Positions 1 to 7,416 of a stretch of DNA of 51,539 bases are shown one piece after another. Source of the stretch: Verrucomicrobiota bacterium (GTDB taxonomy: Bacteria > Verrucomicrobiota > Verrucomicrobiia > Limisphaerales > AV2); assembly GCA_003218515.1 (NCBI GenBank), contig QHNT01000205.1, forward strand, positions 1 through 51,539, read 5' to 3'. Below the pieces are notes generated by a model. That model saw nothing but the letters and a program-made list of their open reading frames with translations. It did not search any database and was not told where the DNA came from. The first letter of the stretch is position 1; each line of letters opens with the position of its first letter. A program made the position numbers and the translations under genes.

Positions 1-35
1 CAAAATTCGCCGACCGGAAACTCAAGCCCGATCAG

Positions 36-821
36 ATGGCCTTCACGCTCGTGGACCTGCGCGATCCGCAGCATCCCGTCCGCGCGAGCTATCGCGGCGA
101 CGCGCAGATCTATCCCGCGAGCGTCGTGAAATTGTTTTACCTCGTCGCCGTGCATCGCTGGCTGGAGGACGGCAAACTGCAGAACACCGACGAACTGCGC
201 CGCGCCATGCGCGACATGATCGTTCCATCGTACAACGAGGCGACGCATTACATCGTGGACGTGCTGACCGGCACGACCAGCGGGCCGGAGTTGCCACCGG
301 ACGAGTTGAAAACGTGGGCGGACAAGCGGGACGCGGTTAACCGCTACTACGCCTCACTCGGTTACACGAACATCAACGTGAACAAAAAACCGTGGTGCGA
401 AGGCCCCTACGGCCGCGAGACGCAGGCCAGCAAAGCGTTCAAGCCGGGCCGCAACCTGCTCACCACCGACGCCACCGCGCGGCTGCTGACCGAAATCGTC
501 ACCGGCAAAGCCGTGACGGCGAAGCGCTGCGCCGAGATGATGGAATTGCTGAAACGCGAACCGTCCGGCAAAAGCGACGACCTCGACGATCAGGCGCACG
601 GCTTCACCGGTCCCGCGTTGCCGACCGGCGCGAAGCTCTGGTCCAAGGCGGGCTGGACCAGCGAAACGCGCCACGACGCCGCTTACATCGAATTGCCGAA
701 CGGCGCGAAGTTCGTGCTGGTCACCTTCACCACCGATCACGCGAACGAACGCGGCATCATTCCGTCATTGGCGCGGTCTATCATTGACGGCATGCACACT
801 CCCAAGCGATCCACGCCGTGA
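36..821 (+). CDS. class A beta-lactamase-like serine hydrolase (possibly 5'-partial)
   Basis: Motifs SVVK (SxxK), SYN (SxN) and KAG (KxG) occur in class-A order. The frame stays open from nt 3 to the ATG at 36, so the true start may lie upstream of the window. Confidence 0.7.
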   Translation: MAFTLVDLRDPQHPVRASYRGDAQIYPASVVKLFYLVAVHRWLEDGKLQNTDELRRAMRDMIVPSYNEATHYIVDVLTGTTSGPELPPDELKTWADKRDAVNRYYASLGYTNINVNKKPWCEGPYGRETQASKAFKPGRNLLTTDATARLLTEIVTGKAVTAKRCAEMMELLKREPSGKSDDLDDQAHGFTGPALPTGAKLWSKAGWTSETRHDAAYIELPNGAKFVLVTFTTDHANERGIIPSLARSIIDGMHTPKRSTP

Positions 822-827
822 ATCGTT

Positions 828-1415
828 CTATTGGCGGGCCACGTTCCTGTCGCTGAACTCGATCGTCTCCAGCGCTCTTTTTGCCTGTTCGCGCACGCTA
901 GTGTCGTTATCCCTTAAAAGTTGACTGATCGCGCTCCGAACTTCCGTCGCCCCTATCTGTCCGAGTGCCCAAACCGCGTAATAGCGAACCGATCGTTCGC
1001 GGTCATCTAATAACCTGACGAGCGTTGGAATCGCGTCTCTGGCCTCGTGGCCCAAACATCCCAGAGTGTAGGCCAAAGCAGGGATTGTCCCGGCGCCCGA
1101 TGTCGGCGGATGAACCCGATTCCTTGCCCAGTTTGGAAGGCTCTTCCAGAGTTTCGAGTAGAGTGAAGAGCGTATGAGAGACGAGTCCTGGCTGCGAATC
1201 TCTTTGATAAGATACGGGACTGCCGGAGAGCCGATTTCGAGAGTAGCTTCGACGAAGCGGTTATTCTCTCGGTTCGGGAGTTTGATTCCTTGAATCCAGA
1301 AGCTGAATTTCCTGCTTTTGTGCATGGGCTCGGTCCGCGCAGGACGAAACAGAGTGCACAAAATGAATAGCCCTAAAACGAGAGCGATCGCGATTAATAG
1401 ACGTCTTCTCTTCAT
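828..1415 (-). CDS. membrane-anchored HEAT-repeat protein
   Basis: N-terminal hydrophobic anchor (LLIAIALVLGLFILC), then HEAT/PBS-lyase-like repeats (IPTLVRLLDDRERSVRYYAVWALGQIG; LLRDNDTSVREQAKRAL). GC is lower than in neighbours by eye. Confidence 0.65.
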   Translation of the reverse strand: MKRRRLLIAIALVLGLFILCTLFRPARTEPMHKSRKFSFWIQGIKLPNRENNRFVEATLEIGSPAVPYLIKEIRSQDSSLIRSSLYSKLWKSLPNWARNRVHPPTSGAGTIPALAYTLGCLGHEARDAIPTLVRLLDDRERSVRYYAVWALGQIGATEVRSAISQLLRDNDTSVREQAKRALETIEFSDRNVARQ

Positions 1416-1470
1416 GCAGGTCCCTGTTACGCGATCTTAGTGTAACGAAACTGAGAATCGCCGTGAAGCG

Positions 1471-1614
1471 TCATTCACTCGGGTAATGCGTCGAGTTAGA
1501 GTAGATGCGTGCCATACGCGACAGCGCCGCGACCGTGAAGATTTGCGGATAGAGCCGTTCGTAGTACCAGAGCTTCGCAAAGTAAAACCCGCTGGGCGAA
1601 AGCCGCCGCTCCGG
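1471..1614 (-). pseudogene. C-terminal fragment of a second squalene-hopene cyclase copy
   Basis: Minus-strand translation [47 protein letters not shown] matches the extreme C-terminus of the intact shc ([35 protein letters not shown]). 33 nt are identical at DNA level (1546-1578 = 2197-2229). There is no start codon and no further SHC sequence upstream. Confidence 0.6.
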
Positions 1615-1762
1615 AAGGCATTCTCTCCTGTGACAACAGGACTTCCGCAAGCGGCCGACGGCAATAAGCGTGAACGGCCTGCGAACCGATCAGGAAGAAT
1701 TCCGTTTCGCGGGCGACACGACCCGCCGTGCGAAGCGCTGTCTCAAGCTCGCGCCTTTTCAT
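1496..1762 (-). pseudogene. truncated nucleotidyltransferase-like (DUF6036/AbiEii-like) gene remnant
   Basis: Only the first ~45 codons ([33 protein letters not shown]...) look like the N-terminus of this toxin-type nucleotidyltransferase family. The rest of the ORF is out-of-frame shc-fragment DNA. Confidence 0.4.
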
Positions 1763-2075
1763 GCTTTTGCTGAATCGCCCGTCGCTCCGCTTCGGTCAGC
1801 ACGCCGGCAAAGGGACTGGACTGACGGAGGCGGCGCGCCATCGGAGTATCGCTTTCGAGGAAGGCGGCGATTTCCCTGGCGTTCAGCCGGACCAGGATGC
1901 CGTGCCATTCGCGGAAAACAGGGCGGACTTTGCGGCCGTCGCGAGCCATCCATCGTCGGAGGTTCTGGCGGGCGATTCGCAGCGCGCGCCGGTCGCGCCG
2001 AAGTCTCGCGGCAATCAGGCGGTCTTGCGCCGCGTTGACGTGGTCGATAACGGCATGCGACATCCTTGAAGTCAT
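1743..2075 (-). CDS. hypothetical protein, antitoxin-like partner of the truncated nucleotidyltransferase
   Basis: 110-codon ORF with an ATG start. It overlaps the downstream remnant by 20 nt (operon-like). It is basic and helical, with tail RLRQSSPFAGVLTEAERRAIQQKHEKARA. The family was not recognised with certainty. Confidence 0.45.
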   Translation of the reverse strand: MTSRMSHAVIDHVNAAQDRLIAARLRRDRRALRIARQNLRRWMARDGRKVRPVFREWHGILVRLNAREIAAFLESDTPMARRLRQSSPFAGVLTEAERRAIQQKHEKARA

Positions 2076-2145
2076 ATTGAAAAAGTACGTCGGTGCGGAT
2101 GGTTTGGCGAGTCGTTTCTGATCTGTGAACGCGTGCGAATGAGAT

Positions 2146-4605
2146 TCACCGCAGCGATCGGGCAGCGAGATTCAAGGCGCGGACGGTGAAGATCATCGGA
2201 TAGAGCCGTTCGTAGTACCAGAGCTTCGCGAAGTAAAAACCGATGGGCGACGGTTGCTTCCATTCGCCGGTCTCCACTTTTTCAATGAGCCAGGTCGCGC
2301 CCTTTAGCGCGGCCTCGCGAACGGAGCGCGCATTCAAGGTCAGGGACGCCGACACGGCGTCCCTCCCATCGGCGCGGGAGTGCCGGCATATTGCCGGCCC
2401 TGAACTCCATTCGGCGACTCCCGCCAGCGCCTCCACTGCCAAGGCGGTTTCTTCGACCGATGACGGGCCTTCGCCTGGCGCGCCCCAGCTTCCGTCGCTC
2501 TTTTGAACAGAGAGTAGCCACTGAGCGCCGCGCGCGATCATTGCAGAGAGTAGCGCAGGCGTCTGGCCTGTCTCCTCAGGACTCGAATTATGCTCCGCCG
2601 ATGCCTCAAAATTATTGGCGCGACGACTAAAATTCAGACGGGGCAGGCGGGACACCTGCCCTACAATCTCCACCAGCGCAGTCAACACCCGCGCCGTTCC
2701 GTAAACCGGGTTCGTTTCGTCGGGCGCGTGTTGATTGCCAAACCAGAGCGGAAGCCACGCGCCGTCAGGCCGTTGAGTGCGGGTAAGGTAGCGCAGACCT
2801 TTCTCCATCGTCCGCCGGACACGACGTTGCAATCGCTCCGGCAATTCGGGCAACCACGCGTTCCACGCGCGCAACGCGTGTGCGGTCAGGTCCGGGGCGC
2901 TGCGGTCGAAAGGCAGGTTTGTCCAACCGCGGCAAAACGTCGGGATGCCGCCGTCGGAGTTTTGCAGATTGAGCAGCCATTTGATCCCGGCAACCGCTGC
3001 GCGGACCGTGCCGTCATCGTCAGCAAAGTGGACGCCTCTCCCCTCGTCGGAAGTGGGGAGAGAATTCTCCGAACTTTGATCGCTCCTTGCGTCCTTAAAC
3101 TTGCCGGCCACCCCCTCACCCTTCCCTCTCCCCCTCCGAGGGGGAGAGGGTGCCCGAAGGGCAGGAGAGGGGGAAGGTTCATGGGGAGGGTGTCCGAAGG
3201 ACGGGTGAGGGGTCTTATGCCGTTGGTTCCCAATGGGCACTGCGTCTTCTGGCAAAAATTTCTCCAGTGCCAGCAGCGCGCCGGCGGTGTCGTCCGCGTC
3301 CGGGACGCCGCCGGCCAGATCAGTCCACGCCCAGCCGCCGGGCGCCGCATGCGTGTAGGGATGCGCTTTGCGATATTGTTGTTTCAGCAGCCACTCACCA
3401 ATTGTCCGCCGATCTTCAACCTGTAAGCCAGTTGTGCCAGCCGCCACGGACGTGTTCGTGAGAGATTTCCCAGAAAAATTTCGCGCATCGAACCCCTGAA
3501 CCGTAGCAGCCGACGTGAGGAGGCTCTCATCGATTTCGGATTTCGGATTTCGGATTTTGGATTTGGAGTAAACAGTCTCCTCAAGTCGGCTGCGGCGAGG
3601 TTCATGAGGAGAGCGGGCGCCGACCGGGCTCCCCGGCACGAGCGCATTGACGGAAAGCGTCGTGACCCAGGTCGCGAGATTGGTGTCGATGGGCCAACTG
3701 CCGTCCTCGCGCGCCGAGGCGAGCAGAAAGTCAACTCCCTTTTTCGTCACGGGATGATTCACTTGTCCGCTGCCCGCCAAACTCATCACCACGAAACTGG
3801 TGAGCGGTGTGGCTTCGAGGAAACCGCCGCTCGACGGTTGAATGTTCGTCAACACTTTCAGCGTTCGCTCGCGCGTGAGATTTCTGGCGAACCGAGCGAA
3901 TGGATTTCGCGATGGAAGATGATGATGCCTGGCCTGGCCGATGGCGATGAGCGCGGGCAGGGCATAGCTCACGACGGGCAGGCGAAGCGCGGCGAAGAAT
4001 TGGTGGGGCAGCGCCGCAAGTTCAAACGGCAGCGGCAAAACCCATTTCCACGCCGCTGTTCCTGCGCCAAGCCGCCCGCTCAACGCGCACGTTGTGAGAA
4101 TCGGCGCCGAGAACGTCCGGTCTTTGCCATAGCGTTTCACGATCGCGGGCGCGAGTTGATCAGGCCCGGTTCCTCCCGCGCGTTGTGTCAACCAGGCCTC
4201 CGCCCCTTTCACGACGGCGCGATATTTTCCATCGGCCCCAGGCACAACACCGAACGCCGCCCAGCACAGCGTCGTGGTGCTGATGTTGCTGAGACTAAAC
4301 GGTGTGTCGCCCCAGCCGCCGTCGGCGTTGAGATGGCGGGCGAGCCAGTCGAGGCCCTGCTGAATGCGGAGTGCGGAGCGCGGTGTGTGGAGTGAAGGAT
4401 CGTGTTTCTCAACGACGGCCAGCGCGCAGACGGCGGCGGCGGTGGAGAGCGCGCTGCTGGAAAGCTCGCCGATCCAATGCCCGTCCTGCGTGCGCGCGGC
4501 GAGCAGTTCGTTGCGGGCCAATTCAAGCGCGTGACGCAGACGCGCGGAGCAATGGAAAAGTTCAAAGTTCAAAGCTCGAAGTTCAAAGGAAGCTCCAAAC
4601 CTCAA
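2146..4605 (-). CDS. shc: squalene-hopene cyclase with four lineage-specific in-frame insertions
   Basis: Catalytic DxDDTA motif (VPDADDTAGALLAL). QW-type motifs present (QRPDGAWLPLWFG, QKSDGSWG, QNSDGGIPTF). Conserved C-terminus [15 protein letters not shown]. 819 codons versus about 630 aa for characterised SHCs. The start is uncertain: TTG at 4605 lies inside a palindromic repeat and there is no in-frame ATG nearby. Confidence 0.9.
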   Translation of the reverse strand: MRFGASFELRALNFELFHCSARLRHALELARNELLAARTQDGHWIGELSSSALSTAAAVCALAVVEKHDPSLHTPRSALRIQQGLDWLARHLNADGGWGDTPFSLSNISTTTLCWAAFGVVPGADGKYRAVVKGAEAWLTQRAGGTGPDQLAPAIVKRYGKDRTFSAPILTTCALSGRLGAGTAAWKWVLPLPFELAALPHQFFAALRLPVVSYALPALIAIGQARHHHLPSRNPFARFARNLTRERTLKVLTNIQPSSGGFLEATPLTSFVVMSLAGSGQVNHPVTKKGVDFLLASAREDGSWPIDTNLATWVTTLSVNALVPGSPVGARSPHEPRRSRLEETVYSKSKIRNPKSEIDESLLTSAATVQGFDARNFSGKSLTNTSVAAGTTGLQVEDRRTIGEWLLKQQYRKAHPYTHAAPGGWAWTDLAGGVPDADDTAGALLALEKFLPEDAVPIGNQRHKTPHPSFGHPPHEPSPSPALRAPSPPRRGRGKGEGVAGKFKDARSDQSSENSLPTSDEGRGVHFADDDGTVRAAVAGIKWLLNLQNSDGGIPTFCRGWTNLPFDRSAPDLTAHALRAWNAWLPELPERLQRRVRRTMEKGLRYLTRTQRPDGAWLPLWFGNQHAPDETNPVYGTARVLTALVEIVGQVSRLPRLNFSRRANNFEASAEHNSSPEETGQTPALLSAMIARGAQWLLSVQKSDGSWGAPGEGPSSVEETALAVEALAGVAEWSSGPAICRHSRADGRDAVSASLTLNARSVREAALKGATWLIEKVETGEWKQPSPIGFYFAKLWYYERLYPMIFTVRALNLAARSLR
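2553..2667. repeat. in-frame hairpin-pair element inside shc
   Basis: Two inverted copies of a GCAGGC-N-GCCTG(T/C)C hairpin module (2553-2575 and 2640-2661). They encode IVGQVSRLP...EETGQTPALLS, a segment absent from canonical SHC between the GTARVL helix and the next QW repeat. Confidence 0.55.
3112..3212. repeat. nested palindromic element (GGTTCATGG-box family) in frame inside shc
   Basis: Outer stem cccctcaccc (3112-3121) / gggtgagggg (3203-3212). Inner perfect palindrome cctctccccctc-c-gagggggagagg (3125-3149). ggttcatgggg box at 3177-3187. The element encodes ...PHEPSPSPALRAPSPPRRGRGKGEG.... Confidence 0.65.
3532..3566. repeat. tandem heptanucleotide repeat (gatttYg x5) inside shc
   Basis: Five consecutive 7-nt units read directly (gatttcg x3, gattttg, gatttgg). 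Translated on the minus strand they give SKIRNPKSEI. A ggttcatgagg box follows at 3599-3609. Confidence 0.7.
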
Positions 4606-4692
4606 GCTTCAATCCCAAACGGGTTGAGTGCGCGGCTTGGGGTTTTGGGTTTGGGATTTCCTTTGAGCTTTGAACTTTGAGCTTTAAGCTTC
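4556..4692. repeat. ~135-bp imperfect palindrome built of aaagttc/aaagctc heptamers at the shc 5' end
   Basis: The left arm aaagttcaaagttcaaagctcgaagttcaaaggaa pairs with the right arm ttcctttgagctttgaactttgagctttaagctt. Inner arms are caatcccaaac / ggttttgggtttgggatt. The first ~15 predicted shc codons (RFGASFELRALNFELF) are element-derived. Confidence 0.65.
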
Positions 4693-4737
4693 CTGCCTAA
4701 CGCCTCACGTCAGGTTTTGCGTTTCACGCCTTATGCT

Positions 4738-5190
4738 TTACGGATTGCGGCTCGCGGCCTGTATTTCCTTTTCGTTGCGCCGCTCGCGCTGTGGCAGAAG
4801 TGCGCAGGCTTCCTTGCACCCGAAGACTCGGCTGAGGATGTAGCGATTGCGGGCGGCCCAGGCGTAAATTTTTTCCGCTATCCAGATCACACCGGGAATC
4901 CACAGGAACAGTGCCAGCGGCACGAGCAACGGCATTCGCATTCCGACATAGCGGATGCAGCGCGCGCCGCGATACCTTTTCCCGTCTTTGGCCAGGCAGT
5001 GAATGGCGGCCGACAAATCCTCGCGCGTCAAGCCCGGCGCGGCTTCGGCCACCCGCGGATCGGACATGGGCAGCAGGGTCGTGACATTGAACCAGTCGAG
5101 CCACGTCAGCACGCGCATCTGAAACGTGCACATCGGGCATTGGTCGTCATACAGCACGATGTTCGTGGCGCCTTTCATAAGCAGGACCAA
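4738..5190 (-). CDS. thiol-disulfide oxidoreductase, DCC family (DUF393)
   Basis: N-terminal DxxCxxC motif (YDDQCPMC), typical size (150 aa) and a hydrophobic C-terminal half. Confidence 0.75.
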   Translation of the reverse strand: MVLLMKGATNIVLYDDQCPMCTFQMRVLTWLDWFNVTTLLPMSDPRVAEAAPGLTREDLSAAIHCLAKDGKRYRGARCIRYVGMRMPLLVPLALFLWIPGVIWIAEKIYAWAARNRYILSRVFGCKEACALLPQRERRNEKEIQAASRNP

Positions 5191-5253
5191 TCTACAGGCA
5201 GAACCTGTCGACCGTCAAACGAGCAATCGGGAAGGGTAATGCCTTAATTTGAT

Positions 5254-5330
5254 GGAGCGCGGCTGTGTCGAAGACCAGCCGCAGAGCTTGGCTTACATGC
5301 TGCGACTGGTGCTGCGCACACAGTCGCGCT
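5254..5330. repeat. REP-like long imperfect palindrome in a divergent intergenic region
   Basis: The reverse complement of the left arm ggagcgcggctgtgtcgaagaccagccgcagagc (5254-5287) nearly equals the right arm ctgcgactggtgctgcgcacagtcgcgctcc (5300-5330). Confidence 0.6.
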
Positions 5331-5561
5331 CCGAAAATTGAAATCACGACACTACCATCGGGAAGGCAACGTCTCAATTTGTTGCGGCGTCGAGCCTGCG
5401 GCTCGAAATCGGCACGCAGCGCCGGCGCCACCCCGACTGAATCAGGACACGGCCAACGGGAACCCGCCCGTGCCGGCAAACGTCGTAACTCAGAGTCGGT
5501 TTGCGAAGAAAATACTGCGATCCAAACTGGTGCGCGACTATTCGCTCGAGTAAATTGTATC

Positions 5562-6620
5562 ATGTTTATCACGGGACTGAGCACCGCCACGCCGCCACGC
5601 CGTTACCGACAACGGGAATGCTGGGAGGCGCTGCAAGCCGCCGAACAATTTTCGCAACTGACCAGCCGCTCGAGGGCCATTCTGAAAAAAGTCCTGTTGA
5701 GCGACAATGGCATCGACACGCGGCATTTGGCGCTGGACCCTTTGACCGAAGCGTTCGACCTCAACCCGGAAGCCTTGCATGCCCGGTTCGTCCGGCACGC
5801 GCCCGCGCTGGCGACGCAGGCCGCGACGGGGGCGCTGACGGACGCGGGGCTTGGGCCCGACGATTTCGACGCGTTGATCGTCAGCACGTGCACCGGTTAT
5901 TTGTGTCCCGGCCTTACCAGTTACGTGAGCGAACGACTCGGTTTGAGAGCGGACGTGCTCACGCTGGATCTGGTCGGGCAGGGTTGCGGCGCGGCGTTGC
6001 CAAACCTGCGGGCCGCCGAAGCGTTGTTAGCCGCGAAACGCTGCGAAAATGTTTTATCGATTTGCGTCGAGGTGTGCAGCGCGGCGTTTTACCTCGACAA
6101 TGATCCGGGCGTGCTCATCAGCGCCTGTCTGTTCGGCGACGGTGCGGCGGCCGCGGTCCTGACCCGCGAACCAGATCCCAATCGCCGTCGCGTCGAATGG
6201 AAAACGGCGGGTTCAATTCTGAGCGCGGAACACCGCGATTATCTCCGCTTCGAACAGCGAAACGGCATGTTGCGAAACATACTCTCCCGACAAGTGCCGT
6301 CGCTCGCCGCCAAGTACGCCGCGCGGGTTTTTTCTGAGGTGGTGGGCAAAGCCGGCGTGCCACCCGGGCAAATTTCTGTTTGGATCATGCACGCGGGTGG
6401 ACGCGATGTGCTGCTGGCGATGCAGGAAAGGCTCGGATTGGCGCAGCAACAGTTGGAACGAAGCGCGGCCGTGCTGCGCGAGTTCGGCAACTTGAGCAGC
6501 CCTTTTGTGTTGTTTGTGCTGCAAACGGTGCTGGCGGACAATGCGCCGGGTGGACTCTGGTGGATGTCGTCATTCGGTGCAGGATTCAGTTGCCACGGGG
6601 CATTGTTGGAGGTGGAGTAA
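5562..6620 (+). CDS. type III polyketide synthase (chalcone/stilbene synthase superfamily)
   Basis: Cys-His-Asn triad contexts are present: STCTGYLCPG, MHAGGRDVL, FGNLSSPFVLF. The homologous N-terminus begins at MFITGLSTATPPRRY (ATG 5562). The ORF-track extension back to 5265 runs through REP DNA. Confidence 0.85.
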   Translation: MFITGLSTATPPRRYRQRECWEALQAAEQFSQLTSRSRAILKKVLLSDNGIDTRHLALDPLTEAFDLNPEALHARFVRHAPALATQAATGALTDAGLGPDDFDALIVSTCTGYLCPGLTSYVSERLGLRADVLTLDLVGQGCGAALPNLRAAEALLAAKRCENVLSICVEVCSAAFYLDNDPGVLISACLFGDGAAAAVLTREPDPNRRRVEWKTAGSILSAEHRDYLRFEQRNGMLRNILSRQVPSLAAKYAARVFSEVVGKAGVPPGQISVWIMHAGGRDVLLAMQERLGLAQQQLERSAAVLREFGNLSSPFVLFVLQTVLADNAPGGLWWMSSFGAGFSCHGALLEVE

Positions 6621-6633
6621 GAGGAAGGTGGTG

Positions 6634-7416
6634 ATGGTTTGCGCGGTGTTGAGGACACAACTCCAATCCTCCATCATCGGGTTGGCTCGCATGGATCGCC
6701 AGATCGAACCGGAATGGCTGGACGAGTTGCCGGCCGGCGATTCCCGAGCGATTCGTTCGCGTCGGGATTTGCGCCGCGTGAATGCCTGGATGGGCAATGC
6801 TCGCGTCATCGCCGCGGCCTCGCGCGAAGCGTTTGGAGACCGGCCGCCAAAGCAAATCGTGGATTTAGGCGCTGGCGATGGAACATTGATGCTGCGAGTG
6901 GCGCGCCGGCTCTTTCCTCGCTGGCGCAATGTCGAAGTCACGCTGGTGGACCAGCACGCGATCGTCAGCGCGGAGACTTGCCGCCAATTTGAAACGCTGT
7001 CGTGGCGCGTACAAGCGATCAAAGCGAACGTATTGGACTGGCTGGCGCGACTTTCAATCAGTCCGGTTGATCTGATTGCGGCAAATTTATTTCTGCATCA
7101 CTTCCCGGAATCCTCTCTGGCCCGGATGATGCAGCTGGCCGCGGAATGGACGGATTGTTTCATCGCTTGCGAGCCGCGACGATGCGCAGCGGCGCAGCGC
7201 GCCAGCCGATGGCTTTGGCTTATCGGCTGCAGCCAGGTCACCTGTCACGATGCCGTTGCCAGCGTGCGAGCCGGCTTCAACGGCAAAGAACTTTCCGCGT
7301 TGTGGCCGCCGAACGGAGCCTGGCAGTTGCAGGAAAAAGCCGCCGGCTGGTTCGGTCACTGTTTTGTCGCGCAACGTTTCCGCGGCAGACGCACCTCCGA
7401 TGACTGCGATGGCTGA
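6634..7416 (+). CDS. class I SAM-dependent methyltransferase
   Basis: SAM-binding motif I is VDLGAGDGTL. ATG 6634 is preceded by gaggaagg (6621-6628). The gene lies 14 nt downstream of the PKS stop. Confidence 0.7.
   Translation: MVCAVLRTQLQSSIIGLARMDRQIEPEWLDELPAGDSRAIRSRRDLRRVNAWMGNARVIAAASREAFGDRPPKQIVDLGAGDGTLMLRVARRLFPRWRNVEVTLVDQHAIVSAETCRQFETLSWRVQAIKANVLDWLARLSISPVDLIAANLFLHHFPESSLARMMQLAAEWTDCFIACEPRRCAAAQRASRWLWLIGCSQVTCHDAVASVRAGFNGKELSALWPPNGAWQLQEKAAGWFGHCFVAQRFRGRRTSDDCDG

Noticed and set aside
5265-5561. Upstream extension of the type III PKS ORF (451-aa version)
   Set aside because: The extra 99 codons run through the REP palindrome at 5254-5330 and have no PKS homology. The conserved N-terminus begins at ATG 5562.
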